A stretch of DNA of 64,000 nt from Saccostrea echinata (lineage: Eukaryota). Under the pieces are notes generated by a model. That model was not told where the DNA came from. It saw only the letters and a program-made list of their open reading frames with translations, and searched no databases. Of this stretch, positions 50,885 through 63,768 are shown piece by piece. The DNA lies in the NCBI RefSeq assembly GCF_033153115.1, contig NW_026889764.1:13454001-13518000 (forward strand), given 5' to 3'. The position numbers and the translations under genes are program-made. The first letter of the stretch is position 1. Each line of letters starts with the position of its first letter.

Positions 50885-51393
50885 TAATGATAAGAATGAA
50901 ATCACTATTATAGCAAAACTGTGTATTTCTTAGCTGCATTTTTAAAATCAACTATTTCATTTGATAGTCTGAATAAGTAACTGAATGGGCATATTCTCTT
51001 TGAAGAAGTGGACACGCATAGACTACATCCACGAAGTCTACATACCTGTGCACTTGTCTAAAGAGAAAAAGCCTTTGCTCTCCCTGGAAAGATTTAACGA
51101 ATAATTTTTTTGCACATAAGCAATTAGCATAAAAAACAGTAAAAAATGCAGTTCATGTCCATACAAGAGTTCAATGAATGTATTGTTTTGAACACTGACC
51201 TGCCCCCTTACCCCACTGTGAACATTATTGAGAGTTTCCTGTTTCTTTTCACTTGTACCAGTCTGTTTTGCATTTACAGTGTACTTTTTTTTTTTAAGTG
51301 TCTCTTTACATTCATACAGATAATTTACAAGTACATTGTTTATGACTTGCAAAAGTCCACTTCTTCAGCGTAAAAATGTTATTTCAAATGCAG

Positions 51394-52477
51394 AACAAGC
51401 AAATTCAAAGAATTGTGATCCTCCACTTTTGTGTCTTAGTGGTTGGGAAGCAATGATTTATGGCATATTGTAATGCACATATCAAGTATAAGTTCCCCTT
51501 CTTTTCGCATTCAAAAGTTATCAGTAATATTAAAATTTTTGAAAATTAGGCCAAACTTCAAAATCACGGTCATGGGCTTAAAAATCATAGTGCATTTTGA
51601 AATGTTTTGTCACAGGTAATGCACGTCAACTATGAATATCATGTCTTCTCTCCCTCAAGTTATCAGAAATGATTCATAAAATTTTTGAAAATTAGGACAA
51701 ACTTGAAGGTCAAGGTCACTGGGTCAAATATCATAGCACATTCAGAAATATCTTGTCACAGGTAATGCATTTGTCAAATAAGAACGCCCTATCTTTCTCT
51801 TCATAAGTTATCCCCAATGCTATAAAATTTTTGAAAATTAGGTAATACATGTGTATTTCAATGTCAAGCTCACAGGGTCAAATATCATAGCATGGACGGA
51901 CACGTCACAGTAATGCACATGTCAAACATGAATGCGCTATCTTTTCTTATTCAAGTTATTATAATCAATGATAATTTTTTTAAAGAATTAGATCACACTT
52001 CAAGGTCAAGTTACAGGGTAAAAAATCATGATAGTATATTTGTAAAGGCCCTCTCACAGGTAATGTGCATATGAAAGTCATCTCTCTTCTCATTCAAAAA
52101 GTTATGAACAAGGTAAACATGTTAGAATTTTTTGAAAATTAGGTTATACTTCAAGGGTGAAGGTCACAGGGTCAAATATCATGGCATATTTGGAAATTGT
52201 CAGAGGTAAAAGCCATATCTCTTTTCTTCAAAATTTATGACCAAGGTTAAAGCTAGTCAGGTTTGAATTTTTGAAAAGTAGGTCAAACTTCAAGGTTACG
52301 ACGTCAGAAATCATAGTATGTTTGGAAAGATCTTGTCACAGGTAATGTACAGGTGAAATATGAAAGCCCTAGTTTATCTCATTCAGAATTTATTACCAAG
52401 GTTAAAGTTTTTTGACAGACTTACAGATGAATGAGATTTAATGTCCCCTCGCTTTCAAGAAAGCAGGGAACAAAAAA
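51394..52477 (+). mobile_element. Helentron-type element with ~150-bp tandem monomers
   Basis: Head AACAAGCAAATTCAAAGAATTGTG, monomer array, 3' GTCCCCTCGCTTTCAAGAAAGCAGGG hairpin; same family as 6924-8016. Confidence 0.8.
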
Positions 52478-52632
52478 TCTTACGACTGTCCATCACCTTG
52501 CTAGACCCCAAATAGGTAAACATGCAGAAGAAACTTAAGTATCCTCTATCTCCAACCTAACTCCGCAAATTAACACAATATGTACATTTTTACAATTTTA
52601 TAATCTCAGTAGATATATGAATATCCATATGA

Positions 52633-54603
52633 ATTTTCACGAAACCAAGGGGACATTAAATCTCACTCATCTGTCAGTCTGTCGCAAAAACTTTAACCTT
52701 TTTCATAACTTCTGAATTAGAATAGACAGGATTTTCATATTTCACATGTACATTACCTGTGACAATCCCTTTCCAAATTTACTATGATTTTTGACCCCGT
52801 GGCCTTGAAGTTTAACCTACATTTCAAAAATTTTAACATTACTTTAAATTGGTCATAACTTTTGAATGAGAAAAGATAGGCTTCATATCACATACACATG
52901 TATATTACCTGTGACAAGACCTTTCTAAAAGTACTGACTTTTGACCCCTTGACCTTGACATTTGACCTATTTTTCAAAAATTTTATGTTAGCTTAGAGCT
53001 TTTTATTAAGAAGAGATAAGGCTTTTCATATTTAACATGTACATTACCTGTGGCAAGACCTTTCCGAATAAACATGTACTGTGATTTTTGACCCCTTGAC
53101 CTTGAAATTTGAGCAACTTCTCAAAAAATTTAATATTTCATTAAATTGGTCATAAAATTTGAATGACAAAAGATAGGGCTTTAATATTAGACATGCACAC
53201 TATCTGTGACAAGACGTTTTTAAATGTACTATGGTTTTTGACCGCGTGACCTTGAAGTTTGAACTACTTTTCAAATATTTTATCTTTGTAACTTTTGATT
53301 AAGAAGAGATAGGGCTTTCATATTTGACATGCATATCACCTGTGACAAGGCCTTTCCTAATATGCTTTAATTTTTAACCCCTAGACCTTGAAGTTTGACT
53401 TACTTTTTCAAAAAAAAAAAAAAACAAAAAAAAAACAACATTACTTTCAACTGGGCATAAAATTTGAATGAGAAAAGATATGGCTTTCATATTACACTTG
53501 ACATTACCTGTGACTAGACCTTTCCAAACATACTGTGGTGTTTCACCCCATGATGTTTGAACTACTTTTCAAAAATTTTATCTTTGCTTATATCTTTTGA
53601 CTGCTTTTATATTTGACATGTGCATTACCTCTGACAGGGCGTTTCCGAGAATGCTATGATTTTTTACCCCTTGACTTTGACCTTCATGTTTGACTTAATT
53701 CTCAAACTTTTAATTTTGGTGATTACTTTTGAATGACATATTTGACGAGTGCATTACCTCTGGCAAAATGTTTCGAAATGTGCTATATTTGACCTTGACC
53801 TTAAGTTCGACCTTAGGTAATTTTTAAAAACATTTTATCAGTGTTGCTAACTTTTGAAGGAGCGAAGATAGAGCATTCATATTTGACACGTGCATTTCCC
53901 GTGACAAGCATTTCTAAATGTTCTGAGAATTTTAACCCTATGACCTTGTCCTTGAAGTTTGACATAGTTTTCAAAAAAATCAATATTGCTGATAACTTTT
54001 GATTGAGAGTAGATTTGGCATTTACTGTACATCTGACATGTGCACTACCTGTTTCAAGACCTCTCCTATTGTATATTCTGGTTTTTGACCTCGTGACCCT
54101 GACCTTAAAGTTTAACCTAGAACACTTTTCAAATTAATTTTAGATTTGTAATAACTTTTGAAGGAGAGAAGATAATGATTTCACATTTCTATATGTACAT
54201 TACCTAGGAAATACCTTTCAGAATGTATATCATATTTGACTTCATGACCTTGACCTACATGTAGAAATCTGACCTACTTCTAAAGGAAATTAACCTTGAC
54301 CATAACCTTTATGTCCCATAAGAGACAAGGCTTTCATATTTTTTTTCACATGTGCATTAATTGTGACAAGACCGGCCTTTCGGATTGTATTATGATATTT
54401 GACTTGTTGATCTTGATCTTGAAGTTTGATTAGTTTTGAAAAGCTATAAGCTCTTTGCCATAACTGTTATAAATTCAATAAATTTGTCATTTTTGTATGA
54501 AGACAAGACACACAAACAAGAGTTACAATATGCCATAAATAATGGCATCCCATCTACTAAGACACCGAAAGCGGAGGACCACAATTCTTTGAATTTACAT
54601 GTT
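52633..54603 (-). mobile_element. Helentron-type element with a longer monomer array, inverted relative to its neighbour
   Basis: Reverse-complement head at 54510-54603, about a dozen monomers, tail GGGGACATTAAATCTCA near 52650. Confidence 0.8.
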
Positions 54604-55230
54604 TATTCGTATACACATTTGCTTTATTTTATCATTATGATTCACATGAAGATGTTCACATCAACCTATGACTGGAGACCCTCCTTCCGCCATCCTGAAA
54701 TAAAAAGAAGAGAGACAATAGACTTACTACAGTAACATTCAGGTTTAATCGGACTATTATAGATTTGATCATTCTATCAATATTTAGTCTTTGCATTTTA
54801 TTTTTTCCTACAAAGTTGATTTTTGGGATTGTGTTGGAGGTGGGTGGGTGTTACTAAACATGACCAAAAAATGAGGACTATCAGTTTTAAAAAGTAATTG
54901 ATGAACATGTTACACCTTATATAGCTTGAGCGATTGAATTCAAGAATATTAAGATCATGTTAATTGATAAGACCCCTTGCTCTAATTAAGGCGAGGGAGA
55001 GGGAATGTGCGACAGCATGCAAGGAGGCGAAGAAAACAAATTCCAGAGTGATGCCTATCTCGCTCCCTTATCCTAGTTTTGCTGTCTAGCTCATTCCTAG
55101 CTGCAGACCTGTTGCTCGCTGGTCTGGAGAATGGAATGAACTACCAGAGAGCTATAGTACTTACAGTTAAGTGTACATTTATTAATTGCGCACAAAAAAT
55201 GTGCTACATGCATGTTTCTTGATTTATAAT

Positions 55231-55543
55231 GTCACCCGCGTGGCACAGCGGTTAGAGCGTTTGCTCTAGAGTCGCGGAGTAAGGAGTTTATCCTTACGAC
55301 GCGTCGCGGGTTCGAATCCCACTGTGGGGCGTGGAAACCGGTCCTTCGGATGAGACCGTATAAACCGAGGTCCCGTGTCGCAGTAAGTGCTGGCACGAAA
55401 AAGATCCCTCACTGCTCAATGGCCCTGAGTGCCGAGTATAGGTCAAAATTTGTAGCTCTCCACCGGCAAGTGGTGGCTTCTCCATATGAGTGAAAAATTC
55501 TCGAGAGGGACGGTAAACAACAATAAACAAACAAACAAACAAA
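55231..55543 (+). mobile_element. tRNA-derived V-domain SINE, second subfamily with (CAAA)n tail
   Basis: A box TGGCACAGCGG, B box GGTTCGAATCCC, V core GGTCCTTCGGATGAGACCGTATAAACCGAGG. A decayed copy lies at about 57260-57425. Confidence 0.88.
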
Positions 55544-56051
55544 AAGTATATGTTTAAACTGCCATCTCAAAATATTACTAACCGTTTGTTCAGAGCATAA
55601 TCTTTTACAATTTCTACAACAAAATATTTCCCATAACAGTTGGTAATAGCCCTCCTGGGTCTGAAATTGAGACCATCGAAAATTTCGCATATTCATACGG
55701 CCATTTTGGGTGGCAAGACAAATTCAGTCCAATGCGCTTCGTGCAGATGTGAGTATAGCTGAAAGAGACCTTTAGAAAGGTTTTTTTGTGCAGTTGAGCT
55801 AAGCATTTGGAGAAAGAAATCCAGAATCGAGCACAACTTTTTGTGCGCAATAAATATACAGTTTTTTTTTCTGTGGTTGACACTGTAGTTCTCCGGCCCG
55901 TCAATGTTTCTATATTTTGGAGAGCTGCAGTTCTGTAGCTAGCTCATTTCCACTTATTTTTTACCCTAGGTCTAGCTCTCGCCTTGTCCTCTTAATTTGC
56001 CTTATACGGACGAGGGAGCTATATTTAGTGACCCTTTCATAAACAGCATAC

Positions 56052-57073
56052 TTACGGCACTTCACAAATAAAGTTAGCTTTCTTAGAGCAGTCGTCATCA
56101 TTCCAATGCGTTGATTGAGCAGTGTGACCAACAATAATCTCCATACAGTCCTCATTAGACAAACTGTCACTTGGGTTACCGGGAGACCAGTCAGAGAAAC
56201 CCAGTTTCTGCATCGTCGGTATCCATATCCAGTGCCCCTCCACAAATTCATCTGTCCCTCCGATCCAGAAATCCTCTAAATGGGTCTCTAAGAGGTTATC
56301 ACAAAATTTTCTCCACGGATTTTTACATGTTTTTATTTTAATATTATTAAAATTCATACGGATCATTATTTTTAAATGGATATTTTAAACGGCTATTAAA
56401 TGGTCTTGAAAATTAAATTGCATTGAATAATCATTTTTGTAGGTTATTTTTTTTTTCGACATTGTCCAAAACTGACTACTGTAATGTAAGGTTTATAAAT
56501 ATTTCGTCTTTCAAATACCTACTGTTTTCATGCATCATAAGTAACTCCTGGTATATAAAATTGTTTTCAGATTGTGTTTCTATAGCAACGAGATCTCCTC
56601 CCTGAAATCTCCTACAAAATGACTGAAATGTAATTATATTTTGATTTTAAAAAGTAGTTTGATTTTTCAAGTGTTTTATAATTCTTCAACTCTCTCTATA
56701 TATGTTAACCTCATTTACTTATATTCTAAAATGTATCTTATATTGAATATGTGAATTCTGTCCGTGAATTATGAAACTCTCATTTTCAACATTTAAAATA
56801 TATATATATGAATCATTAAGTTGTCGTTATATTACCCCCGCCTCAATCCAGTCTGCGGCTATATGAGAGGCAAAGAAATAGCACGAAGGTCCATATTGGA
56901 AAAATCCTTCTGGGCAGAAGTCCTGAGTTACACACACTGCGAAACATAAATAAATATTCTTTTGAATTTATAGTTACGGTTGGTAAGTTCCGGTCCGTGT
57001 TATGAATAAATAAAAAAAATATTTAACCTTTTATAAGCACAGTTAACCAGAGTCCGTAAATATTTCTTAACAT
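56052..57073 (-). CDS. Secreted single-CRD C-type lectin (perlucin-like)
   Basis: Exons 57073-57028, 56936-56836, 56622-56523, 56275 (or 56287)-56052. Signal peptide, CPEGF..YGPSCY, W.EA..FC, LVAIET, FWIGGTD, WSPGNPS, WNDDDC, FICE. Probable 5' UTR exon ending at 57977. Confidence 0.9.
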
Positions 57074-57427
57074 CTTGACCTTTTCAAGAGCTCTTATCTT
57101 TTCTTACGTATTGTACCGCATTTATTTAGTGTTATGGAAATACGTTGGGGCAATTAAATTAGGATTGGGATCCTGAAATCAGTATTGTGATTATTGAAAA
57201 AAGAAAAGAAACTTCCCATTAATTCTATACTTATATATAAATAAATTCTATGGAAATTTCGATCGGTTCTTGGGATGAGACCGTTTAAACCGAGGCCCCG
57301 TGTTGAGGTAGGTGCTGGCATGAAAAACAATGTCTATAAGGCCATGTATAAATCTGCAGCCATCCGACGGCAATTGGTGGCGGTCCAAGTGTGAAAATTT
57401 CTAGATGCGACGTAAAACATCAAAAAC

Positions 57428-57497
57428 AGATCTTTGTTACGCTCCGAAATTCTGATAGTAGCGACTATATCAGACTTTCGGAGCGTAACAAAGATCT
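57428..57497. repeat. 70-nt hairpin
   Basis: AGATCTTTGTTACGCTCCGAAA / TTTCGGAGCGTAACAAAGATCT perfect outer arms. Confidence 0.85.
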
Positions 57498-58339
57498 AGC
57501 TAATTTTAATCAGATTGAAAAAAAACGTTAAATTCTTATACTTCAGTAATCAAACATTCTTGTACAAAATCCACATTTGTTGTACAATATGGGAAATAAA
57601 ATACTAAAAGTTTTTGCTGAACTTTTTGCGGAACTTTCATTTTGTCTGTATGTTTTGGTTTAAAGAGGCCGGGACACAGATTTGAAGTTAATGTTTTCTC
57701 AAATTTTCTGTATATTATCATGGATTATATTTTGCGTTAGCATTTCACACAGAAATATAACAAAAGCATGTTCAAAAACTTCTTTTATCTGGAAATTATT
57801 AAAATTACGAGTTTCGGGACGCGTTTGATTGAGACATACACTTGCACTTTCACGATGTAAACTTTATTTTTAATACTTTAGAAAAGTAGGAACTTGTTGT
57901 CTATTAATGAAACATATTAAAACTATAATCTAGAAAACTATAGGAGTAAAAATGCTTGAAAGCAAAAACAACTCACCTAAATTGTCAGTCCCCGCTCATG
58001 ATATGTGCAGAGTTTAACAAATCGAATAAACCCGATGAAATGTAAACATTAATGATAACAGAGCTCATGCCACAAAAACAGATGTTTAATTTGACGTGAT
58101 ATAAGGAAAGAATATCGCTGTCATTGAATTCTACGAAGATTCATGTTAGTTGAATGTAAATTCAATTTATTTCACAAATATTTTTTTCATAGCATATATA
58201 TATGAAAGAACTACATATGTATACATTAAAAGCATTTTTTTTTGCTTCCATAAAAGCCACATTTTGAAAATCTCTAGAAATGTACTCATTTGTTTATGTC
58301 GTATGAAAAGTCTTATTTGACAAAAAAGAAGTAGATTAT

Positions 58340-60539
58340 GGGTGAATTAAAAAAAATGACCACCAAACTGAATTTTTTTGGCAAAATTCAACTACTTATA
58401 ACATATTTTTCACTTATATCATCATATTGCAAATGCATTCTAGTTTAAAATCCTAAAGTGGCAATAGAATAGACAATTGGATTAAAAAGTTTCAGAATTT
58501 TTATTAGTAAAATTTCTTTTGAAAAAAGAAAATATCATTACACCTTAAAATACTTTCTAAAATACATAATCACAAGTAATTATAGTTTTTAATGCTTCAA
58601 AATGGTAAAAGGGGTATAAATGTTTAAATCTAGACCTTGAATGAGTGTCTTCTCTTGTTCATGTGACAAAAAATTGGCTTTTTGATTGTTATTTTACATT
58701 ATTTTTTCAATTCTGGTTAGAAAAGTTTTAATATGAAAAAAATATGAAGCAATAAAATTCCCCAAATTTCACTTTTTTGTCCGTTCAAGTCAATTCTTTA
58801 AATCTAAGCCAAAAAAGAATTGTTATATACGAGTTCTCTTACGAAAAATACTAGATTTTGAAGTGACCCTATGTTACATTATTGTGTTGCACTCCTGACA
58901 TCTGATATGTATTTTATTTAACATTGTTTTAAAAATTATAACACACAATAACCCATTCTTACTTTGTAAATCAATTTGTCGTGTTGATATTTTTCATCGT
59001 TTACAGCAGGTTTTTCATATTTTGAAGACCTTAAAACATGATTATTTGCAAAGTGTAATACATGTATATATAAATTGTATTTAAAATATATGTGAAATGA
59101 TGAAAACTATTCCCTGAATTGACTGTAAAATTTCTGTAATTTGTTGATAGACATAGTGTTTTGAACATCAAATAGTATCAAGCATTTTTTTTCAACTTAA
59201 TTTTTAGTAAAGATAGTTAAAAAGCATCGGTAATTATGAAGCAGTATTGTTGCACTCCTGACTGCAGTAAAGTTTAAAATTAAAACCACAGAACACAAAA
59301 ATTCATAAAGTGTTGGCAACATCAAGTGGTAATGAAATTGTGCAATACTTATAGTCCAATACTTCATAATTAAAACAGATGAAAGTATTTAAAATTCGCA
59401 TTTTATCTTTCTTTTTATTCTTATTGGATGATTTATAATTCTAACATATTTATTGCACTCCTGACCAAAAGCATTGGGGTCTTTAAAGTAGAATTGTGAA
59501 GTGAAAATTACATAAGAACTTGTTCTGTTGTTTCAGTGAAGTTGAGGAGGAATTACTCGAATTTTATGACAATGTTTTAGTGTGTTTATTTTTAACGTTC
59601 ATTAAAAAAATCACAAAAAAGATAAAAACACATCTGAATTGATAAAATTGAAAAAGGAAGGATTTTAATAATAAAACTGTCAACAATTTAGCATTAAATT
59701 GTACAAAAAGATCATTATTAATTAATGAATACTTCTAAGCACGAATAGAAGTCTTTTCGTCACACAACTTGAATCTTTAAAAAAATGTGTTGAACTGCTG
59801 ACCATAGAAATATGGATCTGAAGCACAGACAGATCCTGTAATTGATAAATCTATTTGGTAAAAATGTTCTTTGTGTCTTTATTTTCCAAAATAAAAATCA
59901 GAAAATCATATAATGATAATAGTTTTTTCATGCCTGGGAGCAAAACATCAAATGTTGCACTCCTGACATTTTTGGGTATGCACATATACTTGACTCTCAT
60001 TAATGCTGCTTGTGATTTATATAACATTTTTAAGTTTTAAAATGTGTATCAGTTATTATTTTACACTTCCAAAATTCTTTTTTGTCTTAATTTTCTATCA
60101 GAATTTTACAATTGATGTTTTTTTGGCAACACTACATTTTTTCTGTTGCACTCCTGACATGGTATAGCATTTTTTTAAACATCAGCCATGACCACAACCT
60201 GATTAAACAAAAGTTATGACAGTCCACATTTAAAGCTCAATACTTTGAATATTATCAGGAAAGTCTTTATTTTCAACATGAAGCATTATTTTTTGTTTCA
60301 CAGATCTCCAAAAAAATATTGAAATTTCAAAATGTCACAAAAAGGTGTTGCACTCCTGACAATTTTAACATCATTTTTGGGCATAACTTTTTTGTTAATT
60401 GAGATATCAACGAGATATTTGGCAGGTATTTAGACACTATCTAAAGACATATGCTGAGACATAGAAGTCTATTTTCATTGCCTGTATTTTTAGTGTTGGT
60501 TGATAAATATGCGTTTGGTCATTTTTTTTTAATTCACCC
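58340..60539. mobile_element. Sola2-like non-autonomous DNA transposon, 2.2 kb
   Basis: TIR GGGTGAATTAAAAAAAA(A)TGACCA, 4-bp TSD TTAT, GRG/CYC termini typical of Sola2; internal TGTTGCACTCCTGAC at 58885, 59248, 59451, 59953, 60144, 60346. Confidence 0.8.
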
Positions 60540-61329
60540 TTATCGTAAATTCTTGCTGATTTGTTTCTGTGACGTCACAAACAATTAGGAGTTTCCGTTG
60601 TTTTCAAGAAATGGATAAAATTCGTTCAATTTTTAGTATAGAATTTACCGAGTGCAATCTTGCACCAGAACAATTTTCACATATATGAATTCAGAACATG
60701 AAAATGTTTACAGGACAAAGTAAAACATCCACGGATATCCCGCATTCAGGGTTCTTTAGGTCCCTTGGGTAGGGTATGAAAATAAACATTTTTGCATTCA
60801 CCGTAGATATGTATTATAGAATAACTATGTGTTATGATCTGTACATAGCAATCGCCCTGAATATTGAAAAAGATATAACATCGTATCCTCATTCGTGTAT
60901 GCACTAGTATACATTTGTAAGTCAGAGAATATACATGCAAATGTAAAGTGACATTAAAACAGAAAAAGCGTCTTCCACAGCGTTGGGTCGACCAGATTAT
61001 AACAGTATGTGAGCAAAGGAACAGTAGCGAAATTGATTATTCAAGTGATTTTCCGAATAAACCAAAGTCTCCAACAATGCCCCCTTTTGTGATAAAGAAA
61101 TAACTAATTAAAAATCAATATCTCATAAATCAAACCACTGCAATGCAAAAAATACTTGCAATATATTTATTAATCAGTGATACAGTATATGAATTAAGGG
61201 CATTAACAAAACTACGATTCTATAGCAAATTAAAATAAAACCAGATCTCTGACGATAATGTAGCTCTACTGATGTGTACTTATATTTTTTGTAAAAGTCT
61301 AACTGTGGAAGGAGTAGCGTTTTAATTTC

Positions 61330-61710
61330 GAAGAAATTTCTTAATCTATTTTTAATAACCCATGGCAAACCCGTTTGTCAAAATCAAAAACCGATGCATA
61401 AAATTATGTATCTTAGTAAAGTCCGCCTAGTCTTATTGAAATTTAATTGGACAAAAACTCTAGGAGTAGCGTTTGAAAAGAACTGCAAAGAAATTCTATT
61501 TTAAGTAATCATGGCAATACTAGTACTGTTAGTCGAAATCAAAAATCGATGCATAGAATTATCTCTAATCCTCTTTTGTACGAAATCTTTTTTTTTTAAT
61601 TTGAACTAAAACTGTAAGATATTTTGGGAAAAATTGTTTACAGACAGGTGGACGGACGACGGACACCTTACAAATGCTTAAGCTTTTCTTGTCTCTGACC
61701 AGCAGAACTT
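61330..61710 (+). mobile_element. Decayed Helentron-type fragment
   Basis: Two CATGGCAA..AAATCAAAAA.CGATGCATA monomers and a GACGGACGACGGAC tail. Confidence 0.45.
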
Positions 61711-61798
61711 AGAAGGCTCTATATAAAAAATAATTTTGAAGAATTCCATTGTGTTTTCATTAAACACTGAGTAGCAATATGTTGAAATCTTCAATTCC

Positions 61799-61802
<4 letters not shown>

Positions 61803-61831
<29 letters not shown>
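61803..61831. repeat. (TC)n microsatellite
   Basis: Direct dinucleotide run. Confidence 0.95.
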
Positions 61832-61837
<6 letters not shown>

Positions 61838-62005
61838 GTGTTTGATTTTTTCCTTAACATTAAACGAAAGACAATTAATGAAAAATAAACGTGTTAATCA
61901 TTATGAAAAACGTAAACTGTACTTATCTCAAGCATTAAAAATATTCTTTTAAAGAAATTCATTTAGACAAATCACATTTACATTTATTTCCAGATAAGAA
62001 TGCTT

Positions 62006-63768
62006 TTATTTAACAAATAAAGTGGATTTTGTAAATTTTCTTGCAGGTTCTTTCAGTAAAGTTTTAACATTTCGATGCATCTCCCAGCATTCAGAATACG
62101 CAGAGGCTGTTGGTATTTTACGATGTTTCAGTTTAGCGTGGAAATAGTCTCTCTGTCCAGGTTTGATAATCATGAATTTCCCTATTACTCCCTTATCGGC
62201 TTCCTTGATCCCCAGCCTTTTGATTGGCCATTTATAAGCCTGACCTGTACATAAAGAAAAAAAAAAGAAAAATTCAAAAAAGAAACAAATATGTGCATGG
62301 AGAATGGTTACACATATTAAGTAAACCATAACCATGATTCCATCACATTACCTTTCCATTATCTGTAATTTATGAGTAAAAGAAAGTAAACAAACGCGGT
62401 ATTGACTGTACAGTGTAGAAGCTCTTGATATGTCGTGTACGTTTTAAAGAGATTATGCATATTTTTAGAGATGGAAAATCCTTACCAAGAAATCCACCCG
62501 CTCCCTTTCCGATGCTTTTCATACTGGCTATTGCAATATCTAAATAATCAATGGGATGGCCATCCATTTGAAGCCTTCTACAAATCGTCAAAATAATATT
62601 CCGTGGATTTTTATAATCGATACAGTTAGGATGATAAGAACTCAAATACAATCCAGATCCAACTGGATCCTTGTTCCACTGGAGTTGTCTCCCGTTTATA
62701 AGTATTTGTTCAGGAGTTACCAACAGGTAATTGTTATCAGATGATATATATAATTCCCCAATATATGATTTATTGTGTTTTTGTCTGTTGAGCTGAGTGC
62801 TCGTAATTATGGCAATATTCATCACAAAATCTGTAAAACAAAATGTAAATCATACAAATCTAGAACCAGACGATACACATCATTAGATTTTATTACAAAC
62901 ATGATCACTCAGATGAGGAAGGGGGTGCAGCACAAAGTTAAATGTTCTCTTGTTTGATTCTTGCAGAGAATAAAAGTACAGCGGTAAGTGTGAGTGTATT
63001 AATTATATGACGTAATTCTATTTGATTATGTGGAGAATCGTGTCGTGATTATAAACCTGATAAGTACACATGCACGCGATAACACAATTGTGGCTTCTGC
63101 TCTAAAATTGATATTAACTTTTCTTATCATGATTGTCTGTGTGTTCTATCCCTTCTCTACAATTAGCCAAATATTTAGGATCGGTAATACAGATTTTCAT
63201 AACGAGAGATCAGTCTATCAATAAGTTATTCGTAGCCGGATTAAAAATTGTCTCCTACTCACTAGGTTATCCTAAGAGTTCATTAGACATGTTAGATGGA
63301 ACAGGTTTCCAAGAAGATAGTTTACATAGTGAACAAAAAAAAAAGATATACAATAACATTCTATCAATTGAACTTTTTTTCCTACTTCATAAAACTCAGC
63401 ATAATTACCTGTGCTTGACAGTAATTGAACGAATTTCCACGCAACATTATCTAGATCAAAACAAAACGGGAATTCTGTGCCTGGAAAACTCAGCAGGAAA
63501 TGGGGATCACCTCCCGCTATAAAAAAAATATTTACCAAGTATATAAACTTTGATCAATGTTACATTTGTTATCATCTGCTTGGCTTTTTTTAAGTCACAT
63601 ACATGTAGAGCTGGGATACTTTTACTCAAAACATACTGTACTTCTAATTTACGATATAAGGCTTAATTTAGACACTTGAAATAGTAATTAAATGTAGAAT
63701 TTTACCTTGTATCTTTGTCACTTCTTTTTGTTGACGCATTTCGTCGGACAAATACATTTCAAGTACAT
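62006..63768 (-). CDS. 3' exons of a gene with an inter-alpha-trypsin-inhibitor heavy chain C-terminal-like domain (5' part outside the window)
   Basis: Exons 63768-63706 (less certain), 62830-62486, 62244-62006, phase-consistent. SYIGELYI, IDYLDIAI, GGFLGQAY and CW resemble the ITIH C-terminal TYFG / DYLG / HGLLGQF / CW pattern. Confidence 0.55.

Noticed and set aside
57977-58068. Coding first exon for the lectin
   Set aside because: The two upstream ATG frames I translated hit stops before the donor; more likely a 5' UTR exon, and the signal peptide starts at 57073.
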